A DNA stretch of 32,772 nucleotides from ANME-2 cluster archaeon. Its GTDB lineage: Archaea > Halobacteriota > Methanosarcinia > Methanosarcinales > Methanocomedenaceae. The notes beneath the pieces were generated by a model. It did not search any database. It saw only the letters and a list, made by a program, of their open reading frames with translations, and was not told the origin of the DNA. This document shows positions 25,354 to 32,399 of the stretch, one piece after another. The position numbers and the translations under genes were made by a program. The DNA is taken from positions 1-32,772 of the forward strand of contig JAMJFV010000004.1 in the NCBI GenBank assembly GCA_023544495.1, written 5' to 3'. How positions within the stretch are numbered: the first letter of the stretch is position 1; each line of letters begins with the position of its first letter.

Positions 25354-26376
25354 TTGCGCGTTGCAGTTTATTATAACAATAACGACGTGCGTCTTGAAGA
25401 GATGCCAATTCCCGTCACTGGCCCGGATGAACTGCTGGTCAGGGTAGAAGCCAGCGGCATCTGTGGCAGTGATGTCATGGAGTGGTATCGCATCATGCGC
25501 GCACCGCTGGTGCTGGGGCACGAGATAGCGGGCACAGTGGTCAAAGCTGGTAAGAACGTTGCCAGGTACAAAGTGGGTGACAGGGTGTTCGTGTCCCACC
25601 ATGTGCCGTGCAATACCTGCATCTACTGCCTGAGCGGCCACCATACGGTCTGCGACACACTGCTCACCACAAATTTCGACCCGGGCGGTTTTGCCGAATA
25701 CCTGCGAGTGCCTGCTATTAATGTAGACAGGGGCGTGTTCCTGCTACCTGATGAGATGTCCCTTGATGAAGGTGTGTTCATCGAGCCACTGGCATGTGTT
25801 TACCGTGGCCAGCGCATGGCATCGATGAAACCGGGCCGGAGCGTGCTGGTCATAGGCAGCGGGATAACCGGGATCTTGCATATCAAACTTGCAGCAGCAC
25901 TGGCTGCAGGCACCATCTTTGCCACTGACATTCATCCATCCAGGCTGGATATGGCCTCAAGATATGGAGCATTGGTAATTGATGCACAGGATAATGTTTC
26001 CGAACGCCTGATGGAACTCAATAAGGGCCACCTGGCCGATGTGGTTATTATCTGCACCGGTGCTGTGCCAGCCATAACCCAGGCACTGGCATCGGTGGAG
26101 CGGGGCGGCACCATACTGTTCTTTGCCTCGCCTGAACCCGGAATAACGGTACATCTCCCTGTATTCGACCTGTGGAAGAACGAGGTTGCTATTGTCAATT
26201 CATACGGCGCCAGTCCGCTGGATATTACGGCTGCCATCGAATTAATAAAAGCAGGCAGGGTTGAGGTTACCGACATGATCACCCATAGATTCGCGCTTGC
26301 AGATGCCGGTGAAGGGTTCAAACTTGTGGCAGGTGCAGATGAGTCCATGAAAGTAATCGTCGAACCCCAGAAATAA
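25354..26376 (+). CDS. zinc-dependent medium-chain alcohol/polyol dehydrogenase (threonine/sorbitol dehydrogenase-like)
   Basis: 340 aa with a TTG start 11 nt after the aldolase stop. Catalytic Zn ligands are CGSD and GHEIAGTV. The structural Zn site is CNTCIYCLSGHHTVC. The NAD motif is VIGSGITG. Confidence 0.85.
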   Translation: MRVAVYYNNNDVRLEEMPIPVTGPDELLVRVEASGICGSDVMEWYRIMRAPLVLGHEIAGTVVKAGKNVARYKVGDRVFVSHHVPCNTCIYCLSGHHTVCDTLLTTNFDPGGFAEYLRVPAINVDRGVFLLPDEMSLDEGVFIEPLACVYRGQRMASMKPGRSVLVIGSGITGILHIKLAAALAAGTIFATDIHPSRLDMASRYGALVIDAQDNVSERLMELNKGHLADVVIICTGAVPAITQALASVERGGTILFFASPEPGITVHLPVFDLWKNEVAIVNSYGASPLDITAAIELIKAGRVEVTDMITHRFALADAGEGFKLVAGADESMKVIVEPQK

Positions 26377-26391
26377 TAAGGAGCGAGATAA

Positions 26392-26586
26392 ATGGAGATT
26401 GTCAGGGAATACCAGAAACGGGAGTTCTGTAAGGACATCCGATGTCCATCGCAATTGAAGATAGATGCGGCACCTGACCAGGTAGCTATTGACGTTGTCA
26501 GGGAAGAAGAGTGCCAGAAATGTATGGCACATGAATTCCATACATGGCTGAACGACAGGAACTATGTGATCGTTGTTATTAAATAG
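26392..26586 (+). CDS. small Cys-containing hypothetical protein, third gene of the aldolase-ADH operon
   Basis: 64 aa. AAGGAG lies upstream of the ATG, which is 15 nt after the ADH stop. Cys pairs are CKDIRC and CQKC. Confidence 0.45.
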   Translation: MEIVREYQKREFCKDIRCPSQLKIDAAPDQVAIDVVREEECQKCMAHEFHTWLNDRNYVIVVIK

Positions 26587-26677
26587 AGCTTAAAAAATAG
26601 GTGTTTCTTAGTTTGAAGGAAAGATATTATTATTAGCTCATAACATATATTATATTCTTGATGTGTGGTGCCCATAG

Positions 26678-26974
26678 ATGATGAGAAACCAGAACCAAGA
26701 CGTAGATGAGGTAAGTACTGGACTGGTGCTGGTTATTGTTGCCCTTTTACTGCTCTTGTTTTCCTCTGTCCGTGCGGATTTTTTTTATGTGGATAGGGAA
26801 ATTACGGGATATGAGGATAAAATCACAAGGATTCCCAGTTCTATTGAACCTCAGGTATTCGATATATTGGGGATTCTCATGGCTATAATAGGATTTGCCA
26901 TATTTTCAAAACATTTCGTGAACAATATTAACGAAAGTTTGAGCCGGGAATTGGACAATAAGTCTCATCACTGA
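26678..26974 (+). CDS. small hypothetical membrane protein (2 TM)
   Basis: 98 aa with two hydrophobic spans (LVLVIVALLLLLF and ILGILMAIIGFAIF). It sits in an AT-rich neighbourhood. Confidence 0.4.
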   Translation: MMRNQNQDVDEVSTGLVLVIVALLLLLFSSVRADFFYVDREITGYEDKITRIPSSIEPQVFDILGILMAIIGFAIFSKHFVNNINESLSRELDNKSHH

Positions 26975-26981
26975 TATACTC

Positions 26982-27902
26982 TTACTGTTCCGCTGGCAGC
27001 ATGTTTTTTTCAAAGATACCATTACAATAAACATAGACCTCTATACTTCCCCCCCGTTTGAAATACCTCATTTGCTTATCATACATACTCTTGATATGCT
27101 TAAGCCCGTCCTTGAGAAAGTGGGCGTTGACGGCTTTCAGGAAACTGATCTCCTGTTTCAGGAAAGCTTTTTCATAATCCATGGTCTCCTTAGCTATCTC
27201 CTCTGCCCTGGTATCCTCTATCCCGGTGTGGTAACATCCGTGCTCATCAAGACCACTGATCTGCCGCCAGTCCACATTGCCCAACTCATCTGCTTCCCTG
27301 TGCAGCATATACGGATAAATGCGACAGATGGAGAGGCGTTGGGAGTATATGCGGCACCTTCCACCTTCCAGGAAATAACATGAGCCGTCAGGTTTGCTTT
27401 TCAGGGCATAGCCCGATACATAGAACCTGCCATGCTGGTCACAGAACTTGAAATAGGGGGCGGGCGTTAATGCAGAGGGGTCTATCTGCTTTATGAGAGC
27501 AGTATCTGTGTCGAGCAGGAATACGTGGTCATTGAACTCTTCTGTACAGCAACGTCCGCACAGGTCGCACCTGAATCCAACGTCCTTGATTATGCTGGCG
27601 AGTTTTTCTTCTGGATACTGGATGAGGTCCTGTAGTTCTTTTTGTCTGTATGCGAGCATAGATCGAATTGAGAGAGCTGCTAAGGTCATCACCTCGTTTA
27701 TTTGGTTGTTGTCCTGCCTGTAATGTAAGATGAGAGTAAGTTGATGGATTAAAATCTTTACCTGCTCTTCATTTGGGCTAAGGACCGTGGGTGAATTTTT
27801 ATAGTATATCTGTTCTTTAAGGCTGATTCCTTTTATTGCAGGGTTCCCATTTGTGGATGCACATGGTAACTTCCTGATACCTGAGACTTTTTTCAAATCC
27901 AT
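26982..27902 (-). CDS. YkgJ-family CxxCxxCC cysteine-cluster (Fe-S/Zn) protein with an N-terminal extension
   Basis: 306 aa. It has CDLCGRCC, followed by CYFLEGGRCRIYSQRLSICRIYPY, the UPF0153/YkgJ signature. The true start may lie further in, because the annotated 5' end overlaps the divergent ORF. Confidence 0.65.
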   Translation of the reverse strand: MDLKKVSGIRKLPCASTNGNPAIKGISLKEQIYYKNSPTVLSPNEEQVKILIHQLTLILHYRQDNNQINEVMTLAALSIRSMLAYRQKELQDLIQYPEEKLASIIKDVGFRCDLCGRCCTEEFNDHVFLLDTDTALIKQIDPSALTPAPYFKFCDQHGRFYVSGYALKSKPDGSCYFLEGGRCRIYSQRLSICRIYPYMLHREADELGNVDWRQISGLDEHGCYHTGIEDTRAEEIAKETMDYEKAFLKQEISFLKAVNAHFLKDGLKHIKSMYDKQMRYFKRGGSIEVYVYCNGIFEKNMLPAEQ

Positions 27903-27903
27903 A

Positions 27904-28161
27904 ATGATAGTTGTGGGTGGGCTGGTGGGTGTAACTCTGGCAGTTATTTACTTCAAGGAGATCGAACAAGATTTTGTAAGGGAAGGGATTACCATAGGAG
28001 TGGTGTGGCTTATAATGAATCTGGTCTTTGACCTGGTGTTCATGTCAGCAGGCTTCTTCCCTATGACCGTCACCCAATATTTCACAGACATAGGCATGCG
28101 CTACCTCATGATACCTACGTTCACTATAGGTATGGGATATATCCTGCATCAAAAGGTATAA
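27904..28161 (+). CDS. small hypothetical membrane protein (3 TM)
   Basis: The ORF-track ORF starts at GTG 27853 and would overlap the divergent gene by 50 nt. The in-frame ATG 27904 (MIVVGGLVGVTLAVIYF...) removes the overlap. Confidence 0.4.
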   Translation: MIVVGGLVGVTLAVIYFKEIEQDFVREGITIGVVWLIMNLVFDLVFMSAGFFPMTVTQYFTDIGMRYLMIPTFTIGMGYILHQKV

Positions 28162-28218
28162 TAAATGTGTTTGAGCACTGATGTACACTGAACTACGAAG
28201 ACGGGGTGTTGCAGGGTA

Positions 28219-28521
28219 TCATTTCATAATGTCATCAAGCACTTTAGTCCAGTGGATCTGGCTCCCTGCTGCCACGAAAAGACCGGTCGATATCGCCTCT
28301 GCAATCTCACTTTCTGTTGCCCCATGTTGCTTTGCCCGCTCTGAATGAATACGTACGCAGGCTTCGCATCTCATCAGATTGCCTGCCACTATAGCGATAA
28401 GTTCCTTGGTTTTTACATCCAGTGCACCGTCTTTGAATATTGTTTCCCTTATTCTCGCAAAAGCTTCCTGTGTTTGTGGTAATCGTTCGTCTAACCATCC
28501 CAAGATAATCACCTGATACAA
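28219..28521 (-). CDS. carboxymuconolactone decarboxylase / AhpD-like family protein
   Basis: 100 aa. The sequence LDVKTKELIAIVAGNLMRCEACVRIHSERAKQHGATESEIAEAI has the CxxC-containing AhpD-core motif. Confidence 0.8.
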   Translation of the reverse strand: MYQVIILGWLDERLPQTQEAFARIRETIFKDGALDVKTKELIAIVAGNLMRCEACVRIHSERAKQHGATESEIAEAISTGLFVAAGSQIHWTKVLDDIMK

Positions 28522-28696
28522 TGTCGGATTTTTTGAATAATGACTGATAAAGGTATCTAAACGTTCCTCATGTCCTTTTGATGTTAGATAATTATGCAGA
28601 TTTGATTCATCCTGTTATTGCTTTAAAGTTTGAATTTTTGCCAGTTGTCGGCTTTCATAATTGAATGATTTATAATCGATTGACATAGAATAAAAG

Positions 28697-28795
28697 TTGG
28701 ACCCGGTTTCAGCACAGGTATGTCGAGAAAACGGCATTCATCCCTCAATGCTCAGCAAATGGAAACGGAATACAAAGAAAATCATGGGGCAGCGT
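28697..28795 (+). pseudogene. short transposase HTH fragment (IS3/IS911 OrfA-type, Transposase_8-like)
   Basis: The translation VSAQVCRENGIHPSMLSKWKRN resembles the conserved OrfA HTH (..VAREYGIS.STLYRWRK..). No recognisable transposase sequence follows it. The match is short, so this is tentative. Confidence 0.3.
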
Positions 28796-28967
28796 AGTAT
28801 ACACAACAGTAACCGGATTTTGGCTTCAGGACAACCTTGCAGTTGGAACACTCGTATACGACTTTGCACGATTCCTGGGGCATCTCCTCTTCGTTCCATA
28901 ACCCGCAGTTGGTGCATGTTATAGTGGATTTTAACTGAACAGGTATAGGAAATATTCCTACAGTTTT
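28782..28967 (-). pseudogene. remnant of a GDCCVxC-domain metal-binding protein gene
   Basis: My minus-strand translation is KTVGIFPIPVQLKSTITCTNCGLWNEEEMPQESCKVVYECSNCKVVLKPKSGYCCVYYAAP*. It follows the family pattern ..S.I.CP.CG....E.MP.D.C...YEC..C...LKPK.GDCCV.C. No ATG, GTG or TTG lies between the upstream stop (28970-28968) and the Cys motifs. The terminal GDCCVxC is degraded to SGYCCVYY. Confidence 0.5.
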
Positions 28968-29144
28968 TCAGGAAAATAGTTCCTGTAAGATTTATTTTTC
29001 CCATATTTTGCAATATCAAAATAAACCCTGCAAAAACTATCAAATCATAAATCAAAACCAGGTTAAACTCAGAGGTCAAAGAAGTTTTAAGGGAAATCTG
29101 CATTATACACTCCTGAAATCTATCCCAACCTATGTAGACAACCT

Positions 29145-29174
29145 GTGTCCGGAAAACCACCCCCGGACACTTTT
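29145..29174 (+). terminator. orphan hairpin plus T4 (terminator-like) in the decayed region
   Basis: GTGTCCGG (29145-29152), a 10-nt loop, CCGGACAC (29163-29170), then TTTT. No intact plus-strand gene lies upstream. Confidence 0.3.
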
Positions 29175-29275
29175 CATTATCAATAATAATCACATGATGA
29201 AAAAACAATTGTAAATCAGATCGTACGATTGAAGGTATATCACAATACCCTTTGAGAAAGAATAATGATGCAGTA

Positions 29276-29360
29276 TGCGGGGGGTGGGATTCGAACCCAC
29301 GGATTCCTTCGAAACAGGGTCCTAAGCCCTGCGCCTTTGACCTGGCTGGGCTACCCCCGC
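29276..29360 (-). tRNA. tRNA-Leu (anticodon UAG), class II with long variable arm, no encoded CCA, no intron
   Basis: The minus strand reads GCGGGGGTAGCCCAGCCAGGTCAAAGGCGCAGGGCTTAGGACCCTGTTTCGAAGGAATCCGTGGGTTCGAATCCCACCCCCCGCA. The 7-bp acceptor is GCGGGGG/CCCCCGC. The anticodon stem is CAGGG/CCCTG with loop CTTAGGA. The T-arm is GTGGG-TTCGAAT-CCCAC. Confidence 0.9.
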
Positions 29361-29576
29361 ATTATGGGATTTCAGTGCTGATCCAAGTGTTCGCATTACG
29401 GGACATTGGTGTGATTTTTGCCGCTGATCTTAGCGTTGTTTTTTATGCTTATTTTTGTACTGATGACCGCAATAGCATGCAAACATGTATGATACAAAAC
29501 CAAGCACCGTAAGTGAGTTTTAGAGGTTCTTTTTAGATTTATACTTTTGCCGGACAACAGTATTTACCAGAAACAT

Positions 29577-29978
29577 TCACTTTTCAACGATCACAGGAAA
29601 TACATTGATCACAGACAGCAAGTCCCCCTTTTCGATCATACCGTCCAGGATTGGAAGGAACACCACACTATCGACCTTACGGCTGGTCTCCACAAGTGCC
29701 AGACCTTTAAGTCTGGCTTTCAGTACAACCCCCAGGGCATGATGGCAAAAAGCACATGGCAACGCTACAGTGTTCTCTTCGATCACCGCTTCTTCCGTCA
29801 TTACTTCAATAACGTTGCCTTTTTTGACCTCCACATCCTCGGCTGCGATAAGCATCTCCCACTTCCCATTCGTGGAAATGGTAAAATTATACGGTACAGC
29901 AGTCACTCTTTCCCGCTCGATCATTTCCTGGCTTCCAAGTACCAGCTGGATTGGAACACTGATCATACTATTTGCCAT
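29577..29978 (-). CDS. conserved hypothetical protein (beta-rich, about 130 aa)
   Basis: 133 aa ORF on the same strand as, and upstream of, tRNA-Leu. I recognise no motif. One Cys pair is present in LPCAFCHH. Confidence 0.5.
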   Translation of the reverse strand: MANSMISVPIQLVLGSQEMIERERVTAVPYNFTISTNGKWEMLIAAEDVEVKKGNVIEVMTEEAVIEENTVALPCAFCHHALGVVLKARLKGLALVETSRKVDSVVFLPILDGMIEKGDLLSVINVFPVIVEK

Positions 29979-30092
29979 GATTAAGGTTAATTAACCTCAA
30001 AGATATAAATATATTCAATCTCCAGCAGGAAGACAGTGATAGCTCACAATAATGCCCTGAGAAAAGTGCTGGATTAAACGGAACATGGAAAC

Positions 30093-30967
30093 GTGAAGGA
30101 GGATTTTAAACGAATCCTGATATCAAGGCATGCTACCAGGAAGCAGGCAGAATTGCTTCCAGGGTAAGGGATGATACCGTAAAGATCATTGAGATCGGCT
30201 TGACGCTTTTGGAAGTGGCTGAATATGCCGAAGACCTGACCCGCAAGATGGGGGGTGAAGCAGCATTCCCGTGCAACATATCCATCAACGAGATAGCATC
30301 CCATTATACTCCTTTAAAAGGCAAACGAACCTTTGCTGCCGGGAACCTGGTAAAGCTCGATGTCGGAGTGCATGTGAACGGCTATATAGCAGATACTGCC
30401 GCCACTATTGAAGTGGACACGCACATTAATGGTACACTCATCGAAGCAGCAAAGGAAGCACTTGACGGAGCCATCAAAGAGACACGGGCAGGCGTGACAA
30501 CCAGACATCTTGGTAGTGTTATGGAACATATCATACGGGCCAGAGGTTGCCGACCTATTCCGGACCTGACAGGTCACAGCATTGGAAGATATGCGGTTCA
30601 CAATGGTCTCAATATCCCGAACCACGGTCATGCTGGTTACTCGAACACGCTGGAGGTTGGGGATGTCATTGCAATAGAACCTTTCACTACAAAAGGAAAC
30701 GGTCTCGTAAAACATGGAAAAGCGAGGATCGTAAGTCTTGTGAATAATAGTATGAACCGATCAGATCCGGTCTACCGGAATATTCGGGCACAATTCAACA
30801 CCCTTCCCTTTACCAGTCGCTGGATGAACGATCCTGATGAACTGAAGCAGGCAGGAACATTCCTTCGAAAATATCCTGTACTTATCGAGAAAGACAGTTA
30901 TCCGGTAGCTCAGGCAGAACACACCCTTATTGTGACAGAAAATGGGTGCGAGGTGATCACAGCCTGA
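30093..30967 (+). CDS. map: type 2 (archaeal/eukaryotic) methionine aminopeptidase; 5' end apparently frameshifted
   Basis: Metal-ligand contexts are KLDVGVHVNGYIADTA, GHSI, AIEPF and AEHTL. The ORF-track start (TTG 30200) removes the conserved N-terminal helix DIKACYQEAGRIASRVRDD, which is readable in the same frame from 30119 but has no start codon after the stop at 30107-30109. GTG 30093 (VKEDFKRIL) is in a different frame. Joining the two needs a 1-nt change near 30117-30119. Confidence 0.85.
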
Positions 30968-30978
30968 TATATTTCTTA

Positions 30979-31308
30979 TCATCCATACATTATTTGATCT
31001 GGCTGGTTGGACTGGAGGATCATCAAAATATATTCCATGGGAACTGGTGAGAATGCTTCCACATCACTGCCGCAGACCGGACACTTCATTTTGAACTTTA
31101 TGGGCGTAGCAGGTACTTCCTCTTCATACACTCCATCGACGACAGGGACGCTCGCCTGTTCCATTACTTCAAATTGCCTGTTTGATAAAAGTTCATAGTA
31201 GGTAGGTTTCTCGGTGTTCCCGCAGGATCTACATGTGAGTATTACCTTGTTGGCCAGAAATCCCTTTTCATGTTTTTTCGTTAACAGTTCTTTTAACAGG
31301 TCAAGCAC
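30979..31308 (-). CDS. hypothetical zinc-ribbon protein
   Basis: 109 aa with a GTG start. Two CxxC pairs (CRSCGN and CPVCGS) lie about 50 residues apart. Confidence 0.45.
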   Translation of the reverse strand: MLDLLKELLTKKHEKGFLANKVILTCRSCGNTEKPTYYELLSNRQFEVMEQASVPVVDGVYEEEVPATPIKFKMKCPVCGSDVEAFSPVPMEYILMILQSNQPDQIMYG

Positions 31309-31334
31309 AGGTCTATATAAGTCATAGGTACCTA

Positions 31335-32399
31335 TTAAACTTTATTGGATTTCTGCTCATTCAGCAGGTTATCCATCCGGTCAAGACCTACCACAATATT
31401 TTCAATGCTATTAGCATACGAGAATCGCAGATAACCCTGAGCCCCTTCTCCAAAATCAATGCCCGGTGTCACTGCAACCCCTGCATCTTCCAGAATGTGC
31501 CTGCTGAGTTCAAGAGAGTCCGGATTATATTCCTTCGCATTGGCCAGTATATAGTACGCCCCTGCAGGTTCACTCGCGATCCCAAACCCGATATGTTTAA
31601 GACGCCCGATGATAAATTTCCTTCGCTCATCATAGGTTGCAACCATTTCTTTAACGTGGTCCTGGGGACCCTCAAGGGCAGCGATACCTGCATGCTGGAC
31701 AAAACTGTTCGCGCAGATAAAGAAATGTTGCTGGAGATTTTGCAGTGTCCTCATATATCCGGGCGGGGCAATAAGGTAACCAAGCCTCCAGCCGGTCATT
31801 GCATAGAGTTTGGAAAAGCCGTTGAGCACAAAGGCGTTATCCGTGTATTCAAGGATGGTGTGATCCTCCCCTTTATACACCAGGCCCTGGTATATCTCAT
31901 CCGAAATGATGGGGACACTGCCGGCTAATTCGGCAAGAGCATGCATGGTTTCGGGGTACATGACATGACCAGTGGGATTAGACGGGGAATTGACCAGGAT
32001 TGCATGGGTCTTTGCAGTTAATACACGGGCAACGGCATCGGGGATCAGACTGAACCCCTCGTCTTCGCGGGTATATACATATACCGGTTTGCCGCCAAGG
32101 TATTCGACAAAGTTGGGGTAGCTGGCATAGTAGGGATTTGACATTATCACTTCGTCTCCCTGATTCAGCAGGCCCATGAACAACAGTAACAGTGCAGGGC
32201 TGGTACCTGATGTCACGATGACCTGCCCGGGATCTAACTCGAGGTTGAATTTCCGGTTGTAGGAATCAGCTATTGCCTGCCTGAGCCGTGGTAATCCCAT
32301 GCTGTGGGTATATCTGGTCTCACCGGCCCTGATGGCACTGTATGCGGCCTCACAGATATGTGGTGCAGTGGGGAAATCTGGTTCGCCAACCTCAAGGTG
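31335..32399 (-). CDS. class I/II PLP-dependent aminotransferase (aspartate/aromatic type), 5'-truncated by an IS insertion (probable pseudogene)
   Basis: The ORF-track ORF starts at ATG 32300. The frame stays open upstream and encodes the conserved N-terminal block HLEVGEPDFPTAPHICEAAYSAIRAGETRYTHS as far as a stop at 32400-32402, where IS-like sequence begins. The PLP-Lys motif is NGFSKLYAMTGWRLGY. Confidence 0.8.
   Translation of the reverse strand, partial: HLEVGEPDFPTAPHICEAAYSAIRAGETRYTHSMGLPRLRQAIADSYNRKFNLELDPGQVIVTSGTSPALLLLFMGLLNQGDEVIMSNPYYASYPNFVEYLGGKPVYVYTREDEGFSLIPDAVARVLTAKTHAILVNSPSNPTGHVMYPETMHALAELAGSVPIISDEIYQGLVYKGEDHTILEYTDNAFVLNGFSKLYAMTGWRLGYLIAPPGYMRTLQNLQQHFFICANSFVQHAGIAALEGPQDHVKEMVATYDERRKFIIGRLKHIGFGIASEPAGAYYILANAKEYNPDSLELSRHILEDAGVAVTPGIDFGEGAQGYLRFSYANSIENIVVGLDRMDNLLNEQKSNKV

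Noticed and set aside
29156-29170. ccacccccgg resembling the tRNA-Leu 3' end (CCCACCCCCCGCA) as a possible att repeat
   Set aside because: The match covers only about 9 nt, is in inverted orientation relative to the tRNA, and is already explained as one arm of a hairpin. That is insufficient for an attachment-site call.
28738-29208. 156-aa minus-strand ORF spanning the decayed region
   Set aside because: It runs through a hairpin/terminator-like element and overlaps the GDCCVxC-like reading in another frame. Its translation has no recognisable features. It is most likely a chance ORF in AT-rich decayed DNA.
29190-29275. Possible C/D-box sRNA (two ATGATG(A/C) motifs at about 29194 and 29265, next to the tRNA)
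   Set aside because: No CTGA D or D' boxes occur at the required spacing (only CAGA), and there is no terminal stem. The pattern does not fit a box C/D RNA.
29252-29512. 86-aa plus-strand ORF (TTG start)
   Set aside because: It lies antisense across the tRNA-Leu gene. It is an artefact of the GC-rich tRNA sequence.
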